A DNA stretch of 59,175 bases, counting the filler, from Piptocephalis cylindrospora (taxonomy: Eukaryota), in NCBI GenBank assembly GCA_003614145.1. It is 6 parts of 6 records of this genome, joined end to end, with 100 filler letters (N's around TTAATTAATTAA, not from the genome) between each part and the next. Parts side by side here need not be neighbours in the genome. Positions count along the whole stretch, not along the records: positions 1 to 9,818 come from KZ988066.1; positions 9,919 to 19,735 come from KZ988067.1; 4 more parts are not named here. One strand, written 5' to 3'. Numbering within the stretch: position 1 is the first letter of the stretch; every line of letters starts with the position of its first letter. The notes beneath the pieces are model-generated. The model did not search any database. It saw nothing but the letters and a program-made list of their open reading frames with translations, and was not told the DNA's origin. Below, one piece after another: positions 1 to 12,109 of this stretch. The position numbers were made by a program, and so were the translations under genes.

Positions 1-246
1 ACCCTGATGTTGGGAATGCATCTTCGAGGAGAGGCGCACAGTAAGACGCCAAAGAGCACAGACCAGGATTTATGGACACCATAGATGAGGATGGCTCGAC
101 AGGCCTGGTGGCCCCTCTCTCCGCCCGCACAATGTAGTAAACATGTCATCATTTAGAAGCATAATGAGATGGTCGTGTTTGAATACCCTTATTGACACTG
201 TGTCCAGCGCCGCTCTTTCCCTTTTTCCCCCCCCCCCATCCTGACC

Positions 247-1278
247 ATGCTGCCCACATCTTCATCGCCTCCACCACCATCACCTTCCCCTCCCCCCCCT
301 CCTCCTTCTGCCCCTTCGGTCAACGGATTTCACAACTTTCTAGCGGGAAGTGTCGCCGGGATGGCCCAGGTCGTGGCCGGGCACCCGCTGGACACCATCA
401 AGACGCGACTCCAGCTCCCGGGCACTCACTTTCGGGGGGCCATCGACTGTGTGACTCAGACCGTGCGTCAGGAGGGTCTGCTAGCTCTGTACAAGGGGAT
501 GGGCACTCCATTCGTGGGTATATCCGCCGTGAACGCTCTGCTCTTTGCCTCCTACTCCCGCCTCAAGGCCATACAGGTCCCTGAGGGTTCCCTGGGCACC
601 CTTGCCCTCTATCAGATTGCCCTAGCTGGCGCCGGAGCAGGTAGGGATGGAAAGATGAGCGAGGAAAGGGAAGATCATGCCATCTTTCGCTAGACTTATC
701 TATTCTCCTATTCCCATGTAGGTGCAATCAATTCCATTTTGGTTTCACCAGTGGAGCTCGTTAAGGTTCGTCTCCAGGCTCAGTATTCCCATCGTACCAC
801 GTCTGCTCGATATACCGGGCCGATCGATTGTGTCAAAAACATCTTTCGGGAGAGCGGCTGGAGACGTGGAATTTTTCGCGGATTTCATATCACTGTCCTT
901 CGCGAAATCCCAGGAAATGCAGGCTTCTACGCCGGGTTCGAAGGGATGAAACGTGCCCTCTCACGCACCAAAGGGACTGGAGAGGCTGGTGCATCGACCC
1001 TAGGGCCCGCCAGTCTGGTTTTTTCCGGAGCATGTGGTGGGATCTCCTATTGGACGGCCTGTTACCCCTTGGATGTAATCAAGAGCCATGCCCAGCATAT
1101 GGATGGGGTATTGGGCCCAAAGTACATTTTGGACATTGCTCGGAACATCTATCGAGAAGGTGGGATCCTAGGGTTTTACCGTGGATTTACTTCGGCGGTT
1201 CTTCGAGGTCTCCCAGCCGCCGCGGCGACATTTACAACATTTGAATTGGTCATGCGGCAGCTCTCTGACCCGAAATGA
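247..1278 (+). CDS. Mitochondrial carrier family protein (SLC25; carnitine/acylcarnitine- or Ymc1-like), 2 exons: 247-640 and 722-1278
   Basis: Three carrier signature motifs (PLDTIKTRLQ, PVELVKVRLQ, PLDVIKSHAQ). GT-AG intron 641-721 joins the two ORFs in frame (GAGA-GAINSILVSP). Confidence 0.92.
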
Positions 1279-2444
1279 TCATGAGATGGATAAGTCTATG
1301 GATGTTTCTGTAAATCTGTGCATGAATGATCTCTCTTATCCTCCACCTCACCCATCAAAGGCCCTTTAGATGAATAGAATTGAGGTGGTGCTTTTTATAT
1401 GAATGAGGGATGATGAGCCTAATCCTCTTAATCCTCTTATGTAATGTTGTATGGCAGAATGATTATCGCCTTGGTCGTAATGAAATCAGGATCTTGATGA
1501 TAAAAGGAGCGATGTTAGAATAGAGATAAATGTACTCATGCTACGCTCATGCATCTATAATCATCATTTCCTCTTGGCACTCCTTTTCTATATACATTTG
1601 AATGAGGATAAACCGGGATAAGCATGGGAATTCAGAGCCATTGAGACTATACCGAAACGGACTTTTGGGTCGTCTATAGAAAGGTTTGCTATGGAGAAGC
1701 ATTATTCTCCTTGAGACTTAAGTAACCTCGTATACGTATGTCCCAGCTATTACACTTTAGGGGTATTATACAGGGAGAATGGGGTGAATGCGGTAAATGG
1801 TAGATTAAGAAGAATGATGATATCTCTATAGAGTCGAGATATAGCTTCTTTGATCCAATCATAAAGAACGTTGGATATGATTTGAATTTCTGCCTTTCAA
1901 TCGAACCGCCAAGCAGTTAGAGCAGAATACGAAGGAAATAATAACTCGCTTAGTACCTGAGCTCCCTCAGCCACTACCACAGCTTTTGTATAGCTCCCCA
2001 GTTCTGGTTGGTTAGGTCCAGATTCCCTTGTCACAGCAGCTAGGCAGACACGAGGTAGGTGGAGACACCGACTCAGCGCCCGACCGGCCAATACTATGGA
2101 AGGGGTGAAGCGAGTAAATTGCGCCAACTATGGCTCAATCGCCCACGTGTCAATGACACGTGTCTCTACTACTGGAGAGCATTTATGAAAGTCTCCCAAT
2201 CCTTTCCATTGATAGGCGCCATCGAAAGCAAACGGGAAAAAAATATTCATGGCCTATACTCTCGATGAAAGGGATAAATACTTGGACTTTACCCCACAAA
2301 CCGCAATCTGTATTTCCCGTACCACATCTCTCATTTCCTACACTCTCTTTGAGCATTATCCCTGCTGCAACGACCTCGTTTGCCCAACCCTCTTCCATAC
2401 GACTTTTATTTTCCTCTTCTTGCACGCTAACGAAATTTCCTCCT

Positions 2445-3117
2445 ATGCGTTTATCCTTGGTTCATCTCGCCTCCCTCGTCGTCGTAGCCCTCGTCGCTAC
2501 TGTTAGCGTCGAGGCATCTCCTGATGCTGATTCGTATAATTATCCCAGGAGGTCTCCTTCCCCCACTCCCCCCCTCGCGTCATACTCTCCGCAATTCCCA
2601 TTCGCGTTCTGCTTCCCCCGATCCCCATTCGCGTTCTGCTTCCCCCGATTCAAGGTCTCCCACACGCCAACGGCCCACCACAAGTCGTGGACGGGAATCT
2701 CCAGTCAACCAACGTATCGTAGAGACTATCAGTATAGTCTTTAGGAGCATTGAAATTACAAGAGATCTAATAACCATAGGCATGCAGTCCATGAGATCTC
2801 AGCAAGACTATCATGCGTCTCCCGAAAGCATAGAGTGGAGGGTGACGCACATTTCCGACATTGATCCTACCAGTCTGGATTTGGAAACTGCCCGCTCGAT
2901 CAGAGACCATTTTCGCACGATTCAATCTTCTCTGCGAAATGATCTCGACGACATTAATCATCAAAGGAACGTCCTAAATCGTGGCCAACTCAACTACCTC
3001 ACTGAACTAAATATCTTCCTCACTAACTGGCTTGGTTATTTTCTACAAAATATGGGGGATCTAGTGCCGCTCGAATTTGCTCAACGTTTTCAACGCCTAC
3101 GTAGTATGGATAGGTAG
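2445..3117 (+). CDS. Orphan secreted protein with an Arg/Ser/Pro-rich N-terminal region; apparent +1 frameshift in the C7 run at 2568-2574
   Basis: Signal-peptide-like MRLSLVHLASLVVVALVATVSVEA at 2445. Removing one C joins it to ORF 2524-3117, giving about 223 aa. Confidence 0.6.
2597..2650 (+). repeat. 27-bp tandem duplication encoding HSRSASPD twice
   Basis: cccattcgcgttctgcttcccccgat(c/t) occurs twice in tandem. Confidence 0.9.
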
Positions 3118-4369
3118 GATTCACATCAATACCTAGCTCACAGGCAGAAGCATGCACAGTGCCTCCTCTTCTTGCCAGCCCCATGGGTACGCCTCAAGGA
3201 ATGAACGTTTGATATGAGATGGGTGCATGTCAATATAAAGTGAACAAATGTCATTTTCACGCAAAACAAATATGCGATAAAGAAATACTTTTTATGGGGG
3301 ATGTCGGTCAATAGTCGATTGATACGGACAGAACAGGGGTTATTGAGATGAGGCACATTAACCTGAAGGGACAGAAAGATATTGAATAAAGAATGAATTT
3401 GAGCCACAGTACCCAGAATAATAAAGATATGGAATAGGAAAGTGGGGACTGGCGCCTCGTTTACTGTATATCTGAAACAAAGGGTTTCCGATTTCCCTTT
3501 GTCTTCCATTGATCGGCAGTCAAAATGTCGTTTATTCCCGTATCCCCTTTGTTTGCTTCCGTATCCTGGAACGAGATGGTTTCTGCTACTCCTCTCCAGT
3601 ATATATTTGGTCCTCTCCGCCCACCAATAGCCATGGCCCAACGACCATGTAGGATGATCTGTAGATTGGTATCTAAATGACTCCAATCGTGGCCCGGGAG
3701 CAATAGGAAAAAAAATTGAATTCAACCCATCTGGGACCGTCTTATTACCTCTTAGGATTCTTATCTTCTTAGCTACAGTGAACCTACACAGCGAGCCCTG
3801 ATCGCACTCAGGCGACGATCTTAACAACGAAAGGAACGAGATAAGCGAACAAGCGCTGGACTATTTCAGTATGCATGTCTCTAAAAGTATCCTCTATTCC
3901 CAGTTTGACAGTCCTTGTTTAATTTGTTCGCCTAAGTTCCCTCCCTTCAATCTATCCCTAAAACAATTCACCCTATCCAGTGCTTCATCCAAGTGGATTT
4001 CATTAGGATAAAGTATATTAAGTTCCTTGGAGTCTGCCGCCTTTATCCTTACTGATGCCTTGCTCTTGGTTACTATATAACACTATATAGAAGCATAAAT
4101 TGATCTATGGTGAAGACATGACAGTTTCCAAGTTGTCAATTTTCTCATCCATCGGCCTAAGTGCCCCTCCTAGGACCAAATTGCCATCCTGAATATCTAG
4201 GTACCCTATCGGAGTTTCCGGACCTGACACGTCAGGCATGGAGGATCAGCCAGCAACCCACTGCTGACCTAGTTCTTCACCAAAGTGTCAACAAAAACAC
4301 GACATTGTGGGTTGGATTAGCGTCTTCCTCTGCTTTCCCATTCCTCATTCTCCCCATCGTTGATCAGGC

Positions 4370-7300
4370 ATGACAAGACGAAGAAAGTCTGCCCTATTTA
4401 CCCCAAGTACCCCGGAGGAAGTGGAGAAGGAGGTCAAGACCCAACTTCCCATCCTTCTTCACGAAGCCCAACAGTCCGGGGTGGGACATCGAAAGGCCGC
4501 CGTGGCTCTGCACCGCCTTCTCCTCCTTTCCCATCCCCTATCGCCCAACCCTTTTCATACCCTACTTCTCCGACTCCTAAATCGTATTCTCCCTATTCGA
4601 AAGCGCGTCCCGGCCGCTGAGCGTATCGTAAAGTGCATTGGAATATTCTTTGAGTATGCTGCAAACAAGGAGCGCTCTTCTCGACCAAATCCATCCGGTG
4701 AGGAGGACGGAGATGATAACATGCAGGAAGGGGAAGACGAAGATGAGGATGAGACCCCCTCCCAGCAACTGGCCTACTCCCTCCTACAGCATTACATACA
4801 GGGGGTCGAGGCTAAGGATAGAACAGTAAGGTACCGGTGTGTTCAGCTCATTGCCCTACTCGTCAACCACCTCCCCGCTATTGATGATGAAGTCTTTGTT
4901 GAGCTCAAGGACCTTCTTATCCGTCGTTTACATGATAAGGAATCAGTGGTACGGGTTCATGCAGTTGTTGCCCTTACCCGATTGCAAGGGGCAGCCGAGG
5001 AAGGAAGTGAGGAAGGCCAAGAGATGTTCCGAGCCTTGGTCGAGCGTCTGAAGCATGACCCTCAGGCCGAAGTACGGCGTGCTGTCCTCATCAACATCGA
5101 ACCCACCACCCGATGCCTCCCGTACATCTTGGAACGATCCAGGGATCAGGACACTCTAACCCGAAGGGCCGTGTACCTCCGACCCATGGAAGAGGTAGAT
5201 TTCCGCGTCCTGAAGATTCGGGATCGGGAGAGTCTCTTGGATCATGGCTTGGAAGATCGGGATGCGTCAGTTCGACGGGCGTGTGCCAACCTTCTTTCTG
5301 GCCACTGGCTTCATCTCTCGGATGATGATTTAATCAAGGTTGGCCCTAGAGTGGGGCAGAGATGGTGGCATGATAGCTAACCGATTATTCTCTAGTTACT
5401 GGAAAGACTCGACGTAGGGAATGGCAAGGTGGCTAGCAAGGCTTTGGAAACCTTTTTTGACCTTTACCCCGACATCCTCTCTGGTCTTACCTATGAGGAA
5501 GCGACCTGGACGGCGATGAAGGCTGAGCATGCATTTCTCATCCGGACCTTTACCGAGCATTGTCACCGGCATGACGTAAGCTTTTGCATGAGTGAGAGTT
5601 ATTGATCTTTTTTCCCATCCCTACCTCATCGTATTCTCATTCCCTTCATGCAGCAAACGAGCAAATTAGATCAAGTGTTACCGGATATTTCTACCCAGGC
5701 ATATTTTATCCGAAGTTACTGGATCAACTATATGGAAACTCTTGCAGGGGCTGATCAAACCCCTCAAGATGAAACGGGAGAGGAGAGGCAGGAACTGGTG
5801 GCAGATGAACTTTCCTTTATCCTCCGGCAATTCTTGGGCATTGCTCGACTTGCCGATTACTCGGATGAGATGGGGAGAAGAAACATGTTCACTCTAATGC
5901 GTAAGTACTTTTAATGTGCAATGGCTGGAGGGGAAGAAGAATATCTTTATTGAACTCTCTCTCTCTCTCTTCTTCCTCGCTCAGGTCAAATGCTCATTAA
6001 ACTGGGCCCAGAGGAGGAACTGATCCGGGCGGTAATGGAGGTGATGGTGCGGATTTGTGTGGATGAACGAGATTTTACTCAAACTATCGTCGAAATCATC
6101 TCGGATCTTCGAGAGGAGGAGGGAGGGGGAGAGGATGAGAAGGGAGAAGAGGAGGGGGAAGAAGAAGGGAACAAGGAGACCAAGGAAACTGAAAAGGTTC
6201 ATCGGCTCCTCAAGAGTCTGGAGATGGCGAGATGCATGTTTGAGAATCTGCGGGGATCCTTGCAACAGAGTACTTCCGTTCCGGGCCTTCTCCAGGAGCT
6301 CGTCCTCCCTGCCGCAGTCCATCCCCATTTGGAAGTTCGGGAAGTGGCCGTAACTTGTCTAGGCCTGGCATGCTACTTGGACAAGGTAAGCATGACCCGC
6401 TGGGTGGAAATGTACCAATATGGACCACTCGACCCGTTTCCTTCCCATTCTTAGAGGCTGGCTGCTCAAAGGATGGAGCTGTTCCTACACGTAGTACGGT
6501 ACGGACATTTGGAGCTTCAGATAATGGCATTGAAAATTGTCTTTGATCTGGTAATGCTTTTTGGCTTCCAGGCTCTGTCGACATCCCTGGAGGATCCACA
6601 TGAGATCTTTCGTTTGATTGCCGATTGCTCCGGGGAAGGAGAAACGACAATTCAAACTTTAGCTGTCCATGGGGTTTCCAAATTGTTACTAGCGGATCTC
6701 CTGGATGATCAACAGGTGAGCTCGGGAAGAAGGTTGCTGTATTCTGTTGAGTGAAATTACCTAAGCTGATTCTATTGAATGGCATAGGCGCTAAAGTCCC
6801 TGGTTCTCCTTTATTTCCATCCGAGCTCCACGGACAATGCCCGGTTAAGGCAGTGCCTCTCCTTTTTCCTTCAAGCTTTTGGTCGGATGGCCTATAAAAA
6901 CCATGATCGATTGTGTGAGGTGAGTTTATACGAGCGGGGTTCCTTGTTACTACCATATCTCTCATTATCCGTTACAATTTTCCTTTGATGAGTATAGGTA
7001 TTTATCCCTACCCTTGAAGCACTCTTTGTAATTGCCGATGAGGAGGAGGAGGAGGAGGAGGAGAGGAGTGAGGATGAGGAGGATGGGGAGAGGGAGGGAA
7101 GAGATAAAAAAGGAAGGATGGTCAGTTCCATTCAAGCTGCCAATCAAATGATCCAATGGATGGACCCTACCCGTGTACTTCGGTAGGTTTTCTCAGAGAA
7201 GAATGGTGAGGGTGGCTCTCTTCTGCAACTGACTCGTCAGGGGCCGATCCCACAGTGTCGGGAAGAATGAGGAGGGGGAGGAGGAAGGGGAAGGAAAAAT

Positions 7301-7960
7301 TCCATCGGTGTATGGTCGATTGATCAAGGAGGTGCTGATCTCCATCCTACGTACCGAAAGAACTGGTAAGTGGGGATGATTTGGTGGACGAGAGAATGGA
7401 TGACCATCTCCTGACTGATCCTGTATCCCACCCTATAGAGGATCACAAGCCCTTGTTACAGATCATCCATAGGATCCCCCTGGATGGAAGCTTAGAGAGT
7501 GTGATTCTCGAGACCAACCTCCTTTTTTCCCTTCAGCTTCGTGAAGTGAGTAGAGAGAAGGGCTGATGGGGCCAACAGAGGATAGCTTTGCCCTAATCAC
7601 CCGTTCCTCTTCCACTCTAGATGGAATTGCTTAGGGAGGCCAGTTCCCGGAAATCCCTGGAACGACTGATTGTCTCGTTGGGCCGCATGCTCGGGGAGAA
7701 GGAGGCATCCACCTGGGGAGCTGAGGGGATGCGTGCATGGATGGGGAAACGGGACCATTTACACGCTGTGATCCGGGAACACGAGGACATCTTTGGGGAG
7801 ATGCAAGGTGGGTGGTCTAAGGAAGAGGAGGAGGAGGAGTTTGATCAGGGCGTGTGGCGATGATGCCTATGACTGATTGCTTTACCCTTGTGCTCTTCTA
7901 GGACCGTTTGAGGAGGAAGGGATGGAAGAGATAAGTGATGAGACTGAAGAGGACGACTAG
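4370..7960 (+). CDS. YCG1: Condensin complex subunit 3 (CAP-G / Ycg1 / Cnd3), about 11 exons
   Basis: HEAT-repeat motifs AKDRTVRYRCVQLI, LHDKESVVRVHAVVAL, HDPQAEVRRAVL, DYSDEMGRRNM, LRQCLSFF. Frame-consistent introns at 5339-5395, 5576-5653, 5901-5984, 6386-6454, 6716-6787, 6920-6997, 7183-7255, 7366-7438, 7546-7620 and 7808-7901. The last intron is uncertain; the alternative stop is at 7863. Confidence 0.9.
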
Positions 7961-9818
7961 TCAACCTTTCTTTCCACAAGGGATGAACGTGATGGTGGAT
8001 GGCGGAGAGCGGCCTCTAGGAGGAAATGAGGTGATGCATCTCGTTGTCAGGCTAGGACGGAAAGAAAGGATCTTGCAATGCCTCATTCGGACCCTTCTCT
8101 TCATCCTATACTCCCCATTACGAGATAATCATACAGGGACAGGGTCGTCAAGGGCCCAAGGAGAGAATAGACATGATCCTTGATCTTTCCCAATGGAGTA
8201 TCCATGAACCAGTATGTGGGATGCATCTCATCCTGCCAAGCAATGCTTGCCACTACGACTCTGTGTAAGTCTTTCGCATTTTCCCATTCCCTTTATGGAA
8301 CAGCGCGCATATTTTGGAATGGCATCACTTGACCTCAAGTACCCCCATTATCCATTAACTATGTATCGACTCGTATCACCCCATTCTCCTTTTCCCTTGA
8401 TCATGTCATCCTATTAGGGTATTATCCCACGGTGAGAATGCGGATATGAAGGGGTTAACCATATTGCCCTTTCACTTCCCATATCCACATGACTCATTCT
8501 ATGCTGGAATGCGCGGAAGTTAACGGGTTCCGTAGCTTCCGAGCATAGAAAGAGGAGACTGGGATTTCTGTCTCGGTCCATAGCTGCCACCATCATCACA
8601 ATGACAATGAGTGGAGGCGGGGATGCTCACTGTAGGAGTCAAATCTGTCCTGGCAAGCATCCAATCCTGTTCGCCCACACGGTACATAATGTGTGGCAAG
8701 AGCGTCTCATTTCCACACTAATAGTTATGATGGGGTGAAAGGGGAGGGCGATGGAGGAAGACGGGAAATTCTCGTGTTTTGGAGTGAAAAAATGGGTGTG
8801 CGCGCCCGCGCGCGAACGCATAGAAGAACGGTCTCATCCAGAGCACATACTCGTGGGGACCACATGTGCATTTTTTCTGTGTCCCCAAGCCCGCCTGCTC
8901 GGGGAAGGAGATGGGCGAGATCGTTTCTTTATGAGAGAGGGGGGGGGCGTCCGATGGTCTAGCCAGTCATGGAGCATTGTGTCTCTTTCTCAGCAGGTGC
9001 TTATTTCGCACTGTGTGCTGCTTATTTTCCAATATTGAACCTCTTTCCCAATGTATGTCTGTCACTCCTTGTCAACTCACTCCTTTTTCCCATCCTTTTA
9101 CCCTTCTCCTCTCAGCGCTCCTGAATCTAATATGTCTCTTTTCTTGAACGTCGTATCCCCCCCATAGACAGTAAAACCTTGAGCACCCTTACTCTGTTCC
9201 AGATGATGTATGTGGGACATGTCCCCCCTTTCACGCGCACACACACATACACATATAGCACATGCATTCACAACGGTTATGGAAGGTGGGAGAGGTTGCG
9301 GAAAAAGGCACACATCCCTCTTCCGCTCAAGGCACACACACGCACACACATACACCCTTTGACAGGGGACGCGAGAGACCGAGAGGAGGCTGTTGTGAGG
9401 CTGAGGGTGAGAGTACAGCACCAAGCCCCACACTTACTCATTGACCTTCGCACACTGACACGACCGTTGCAGGGATCTCATCTTGCCAGGCAAGGCAGAA
9501 GGATGGTGCTGCAGTCGCCCCGGAGGGCTGTCTAAAACAAGCCTCATTCCGGTCCCCTTACATCCGAAAGCCCATTGGATTCAATGCACGCACGTTCATG
9601 GCGCATACGCCCCTCTCTCTCCCCCCCCCCGCCCCCTCTCCCTCGCTGTTATCCCCTTTCATCCTATGCGCATTCCCGTGCTCAGCCCCCCCACTCTCTT
9701 CCATCCACTGCACTCTTTCTTCCCTCCTCCCTCTCTTTTTCCTTCCTCTCCCATTCCAATTCCTCCACCAGTAAGCACCGTTCCGTGCCTCGACCTCATA
9801 TCCCCCTCTAGTCCCTGA

Positions 9819-9918
9819 NNNNNNNNNNNNNNNNNNNNNNNNNNNNNNNNNNNNNNNNNNNNTTAATTAATTAANNNNNNNNNNNNNNNNNNNNNNNNNN
9901 NNNNNNNNNNNNNNNNNN
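9819..9918. other. Artificial contig-joining spacer
   Basis: 44 N + TTAATTAATTAA (stops in all six frames) + 44 N. Confidence 0.97.
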
Positions 9919-10151
9919 CTGTCATGGTTACTTTGACGAAAATTAGTGGATCCCATATCCGGGTTAGGGAGGTCCACCACGACGTAATCTGTGTCGCTCG
10001 AGGATTTTGTCAGACCGGTAAAGGCAGCATGGGAGATCAAGCTTTGGGAACTTGCGAAGGAAGAAGGCTGGTATCCTAATCCGTTCTGCACAGAGGGGGT
10101 CATCGTTGAGGCGGTAGGTGGTACATGGACGGATTCATCCCTAGGACCCAT
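9919..10151 (-). CDS. 5' fragment of an unidentified gene cut by the contig end (MGPRDESVHVPP...)
   Basis: Open frame from the ATG at 10151 runs into the spacer. No recognisable domain. Confidence 0.35.
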
Positions 10152-10949
10152 CGAAAGGGAGTAGGAAGCGTTGTTTGGAGGATGATTAAGATGATAGGGA
10201 TGGAGGGTACTGTGAACTCTCGAGATGACGTGGCTAGGACAGTCGAGTCGTATCAAACAGCGTGTGGGGTAAGGAGATGAGGGAAGATGTCGATGAAAGA
10301 GGGCTATCTCCCTGGACCTCGACAATGCTCACCTTTTATGTCTATTAAAAAAGACGGATATGATATGGCAATCGCTCATACTCGGAATGTTATCGAACAC
10401 CTGCCCGAGAATGACGGAACGGCTGACCTTTTCTCCGATATAGAATGACCTGATTCGGAAGGGGCAGAGAGCCATGATGCGTGTGTGCAACGCACATGTG
10501 TCTGTGACTAAGGCGAACACAGTGTTTTGAAGGTGTGACCCACGATTAAACTACCCATATTAGGAAGTATCTTCTCTGACGATGAAGGCGCCTCCTCTGT
10601 GATGGCAAGAAGCCTTCCTATATATACTGCCGGTGTGGAAATGGTAGATCGAATTTGGCTGGATTTTGACAGTAGGAGGCGGTAGGGGATAACGGATCAG
10701 AGCATGTGCTGCACGAGAATGTAATCATCATCCAAGAGTACCCTTTGTTTGGTTTGTTGAATCGACGATTAGATCATCGATGAGGAGCATAGCAGCATAG
10801 CCTCCACCACCACTACCACCCCCTCCTTGGCCTCTCCAAGAACTATGTCTCCCCCCCTTCCTTCTAGCCAAGACAGAAAGAGATCAAAAAGACTTTTCAT
10901 TGATCAAGACTTGTCAATTCCTTGGACAACCCTGAAAAAAGAGAACTGT

Positions 10950-11579
10950 CTACTTGCGGGCGACAACGGCAGCCTTGCGGGCAGCGAGACGACGGTTAAG
11001 ACGGACAACCTTGCCCTGGCCATCATCCTCACGCTTGACAGCGGTATCCTCCTCGGTGACGATGAGCTCGATGTGGCAGGGGGAGGCCATGTAAGGGTTG
11101 ATGCGACCGTGGGCACGGTAGGTACGACGACGCTGCTTGGGGGCCTGGTTGACCTGGACGTAGCGGAGGACCAGAGACTCCATGTTCAGACCCTTAACCT
11201 CGGCGTTAGCCTCGGCGTTCTTGAGAAGATCGAGCATGAAGTTGGCGGACTTGGCGGGCCACCTACCCTGGGTGGTACCAAACTGCTTGGCCTGGGCGCA
11301 CCGGCCGACACCACCGTTGAAGCGGCGGAAGGGGATGCACTGCTTGTGCTCCTTGACGTCACCAAGGTACTTGAGGGCCTTGGCAAGGGGAAGACCGCTG
11401 ATGGCGGCGGCGACCTCACGGGTGTTCTTGAAGTGGACGCGAAGGTACTCACCGCGGGCCTTGGCGGCTGAGGAAGAGGATAAAGGTGAGTGGAAATGGA
11501 AAGAGAGATGAAGGGCAGAGCCAAATCGAGGAAACTTACACCGGGCGGGGTTGACCTCAGAGTTGGAATATCTCACCAT
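10950..11579 (-). CDS. RPL17: 60S ribosomal protein L17 (uL22); 72-nt intron at 11468-11539
   Basis: MVRY...[47 protein letters not shown]. Strong codon bias. GT-AG intron in frame. Confidence 0.97.
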   Translation of the reverse strand: MVRYSNSEVNPARCKFPRFGSALHLSFHFHSPLSSSSAAKARGEYLRVHFKNTREVAAAISGLPLAKALKYLGDVKEHKQCIPFRRFNGGVGRCAQAKQFGTTQGRWPAKSANFMLDLLKNAEANAEVKGLNMESLVLRYVQVNQAPKQRRRTYRAHGRINPYMASPCHIELIVTEEDTAVKREDDGQGKVVRLNRRLAARKAAVVARK

Positions 11580-11685
11580 GTCGAATGTTCAGAAGACTCC
11601 TGTAAATGATGAGAAGGAAAGGATGATGAGTACGAGGAAAGAAGAGGGCGGAGGAGGTGTGAAGAGGAGGAAGAAGAAGAGAAGC

Positions 11686-11952
11686 AATCCAAGTGCTCAG
11701 GTGGATCAAAGTAACACCTGTTACTTCATATCAAGGTTTAGCGTCTAGGTTTAACATCTAATCCCGGCCCGTCAAGCGCAGCGCGCAAGTCCTGATCGCA
11801 GGGATATTGTCGCGTCAGGCGAGATGAGCCCGTCGCCTACCCTCCTAATGATGACTTGATGTAAGCCCTCATCCCATCGTCCCCTTAAGGAACACGGTCC
11901 AGGATGAGAGCCCAGCCATCCTCCAAGATCATTCAGCGCTTTAGCCTGGATC
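11686..11952 (-). ncRNA. Candidate structured intronic RNA element in RPL17 pre-mRNA (class unknown)
   Basis: At least six nested helices. Several G-U pairs form only on the minus (RPL17 sense) strand. Confidence 0.5.
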
Positions 11953-11959
11953 GAGTCAG

Positions 11960-12109
11960 TGGATGGATGGATGGATGGATGGATTCCTGGGGGACGTGAT
12001 GTTGTTCATCCATTCTAGATCCTGGACCTAAGCATCCCCCATTCATCCATATCCTTTCCTTTCATCCCATCCTCGGCCTCATCTATCCATCCATCCATCC
12101 ATCCATCCA
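11960..12109. repeat. Inverted tetranucleotide microsatellites (GGAT)n at about 11960-11984 and (ATCC)n at about 12081-12109
   Basis: Read directly from the sequence. Confidence 0.85.

Noticed and set aside
1897..2130. Possible solo LTR or repeat remnant
   Set aside because: No TG...CA ends, TSD or second copy visible in the window.
3138..3827. 229-aa minus-strand ORF
   Set aside because: Non-ATG start, no motif and non-protein-like composition. Probably chance.
8200..9818. Many short ORFs in low-complexity (CA/GT, purine- or pyrimidine-tract) DNA, and likewise 19836-21200 and 22380-22930
   Set aside because: Translations are simple-repeat artefacts of UTR and promoter microsatellites.
10827..11471. 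Long antisense ORFs opposite RPL17, and likewise 25138-25707 (RPL21), 27607-28071 (RPS9), 21686-22192 (Rac1) and 56742-57911 (prenyltransferase B)
   Set aside because: Shadow ORFs produced by the codon bias of the real gene on the other strand. No independent coding evidence.
11686..11952. Canonical box C/D or H/ACA snoRNA call
   Set aside because: A box D-like CUGA is present, but I could not find a canonical RUGAUGA at the 5' end or a convincing rRNA antisense guide. Kept only as an unclassified structured RNA.
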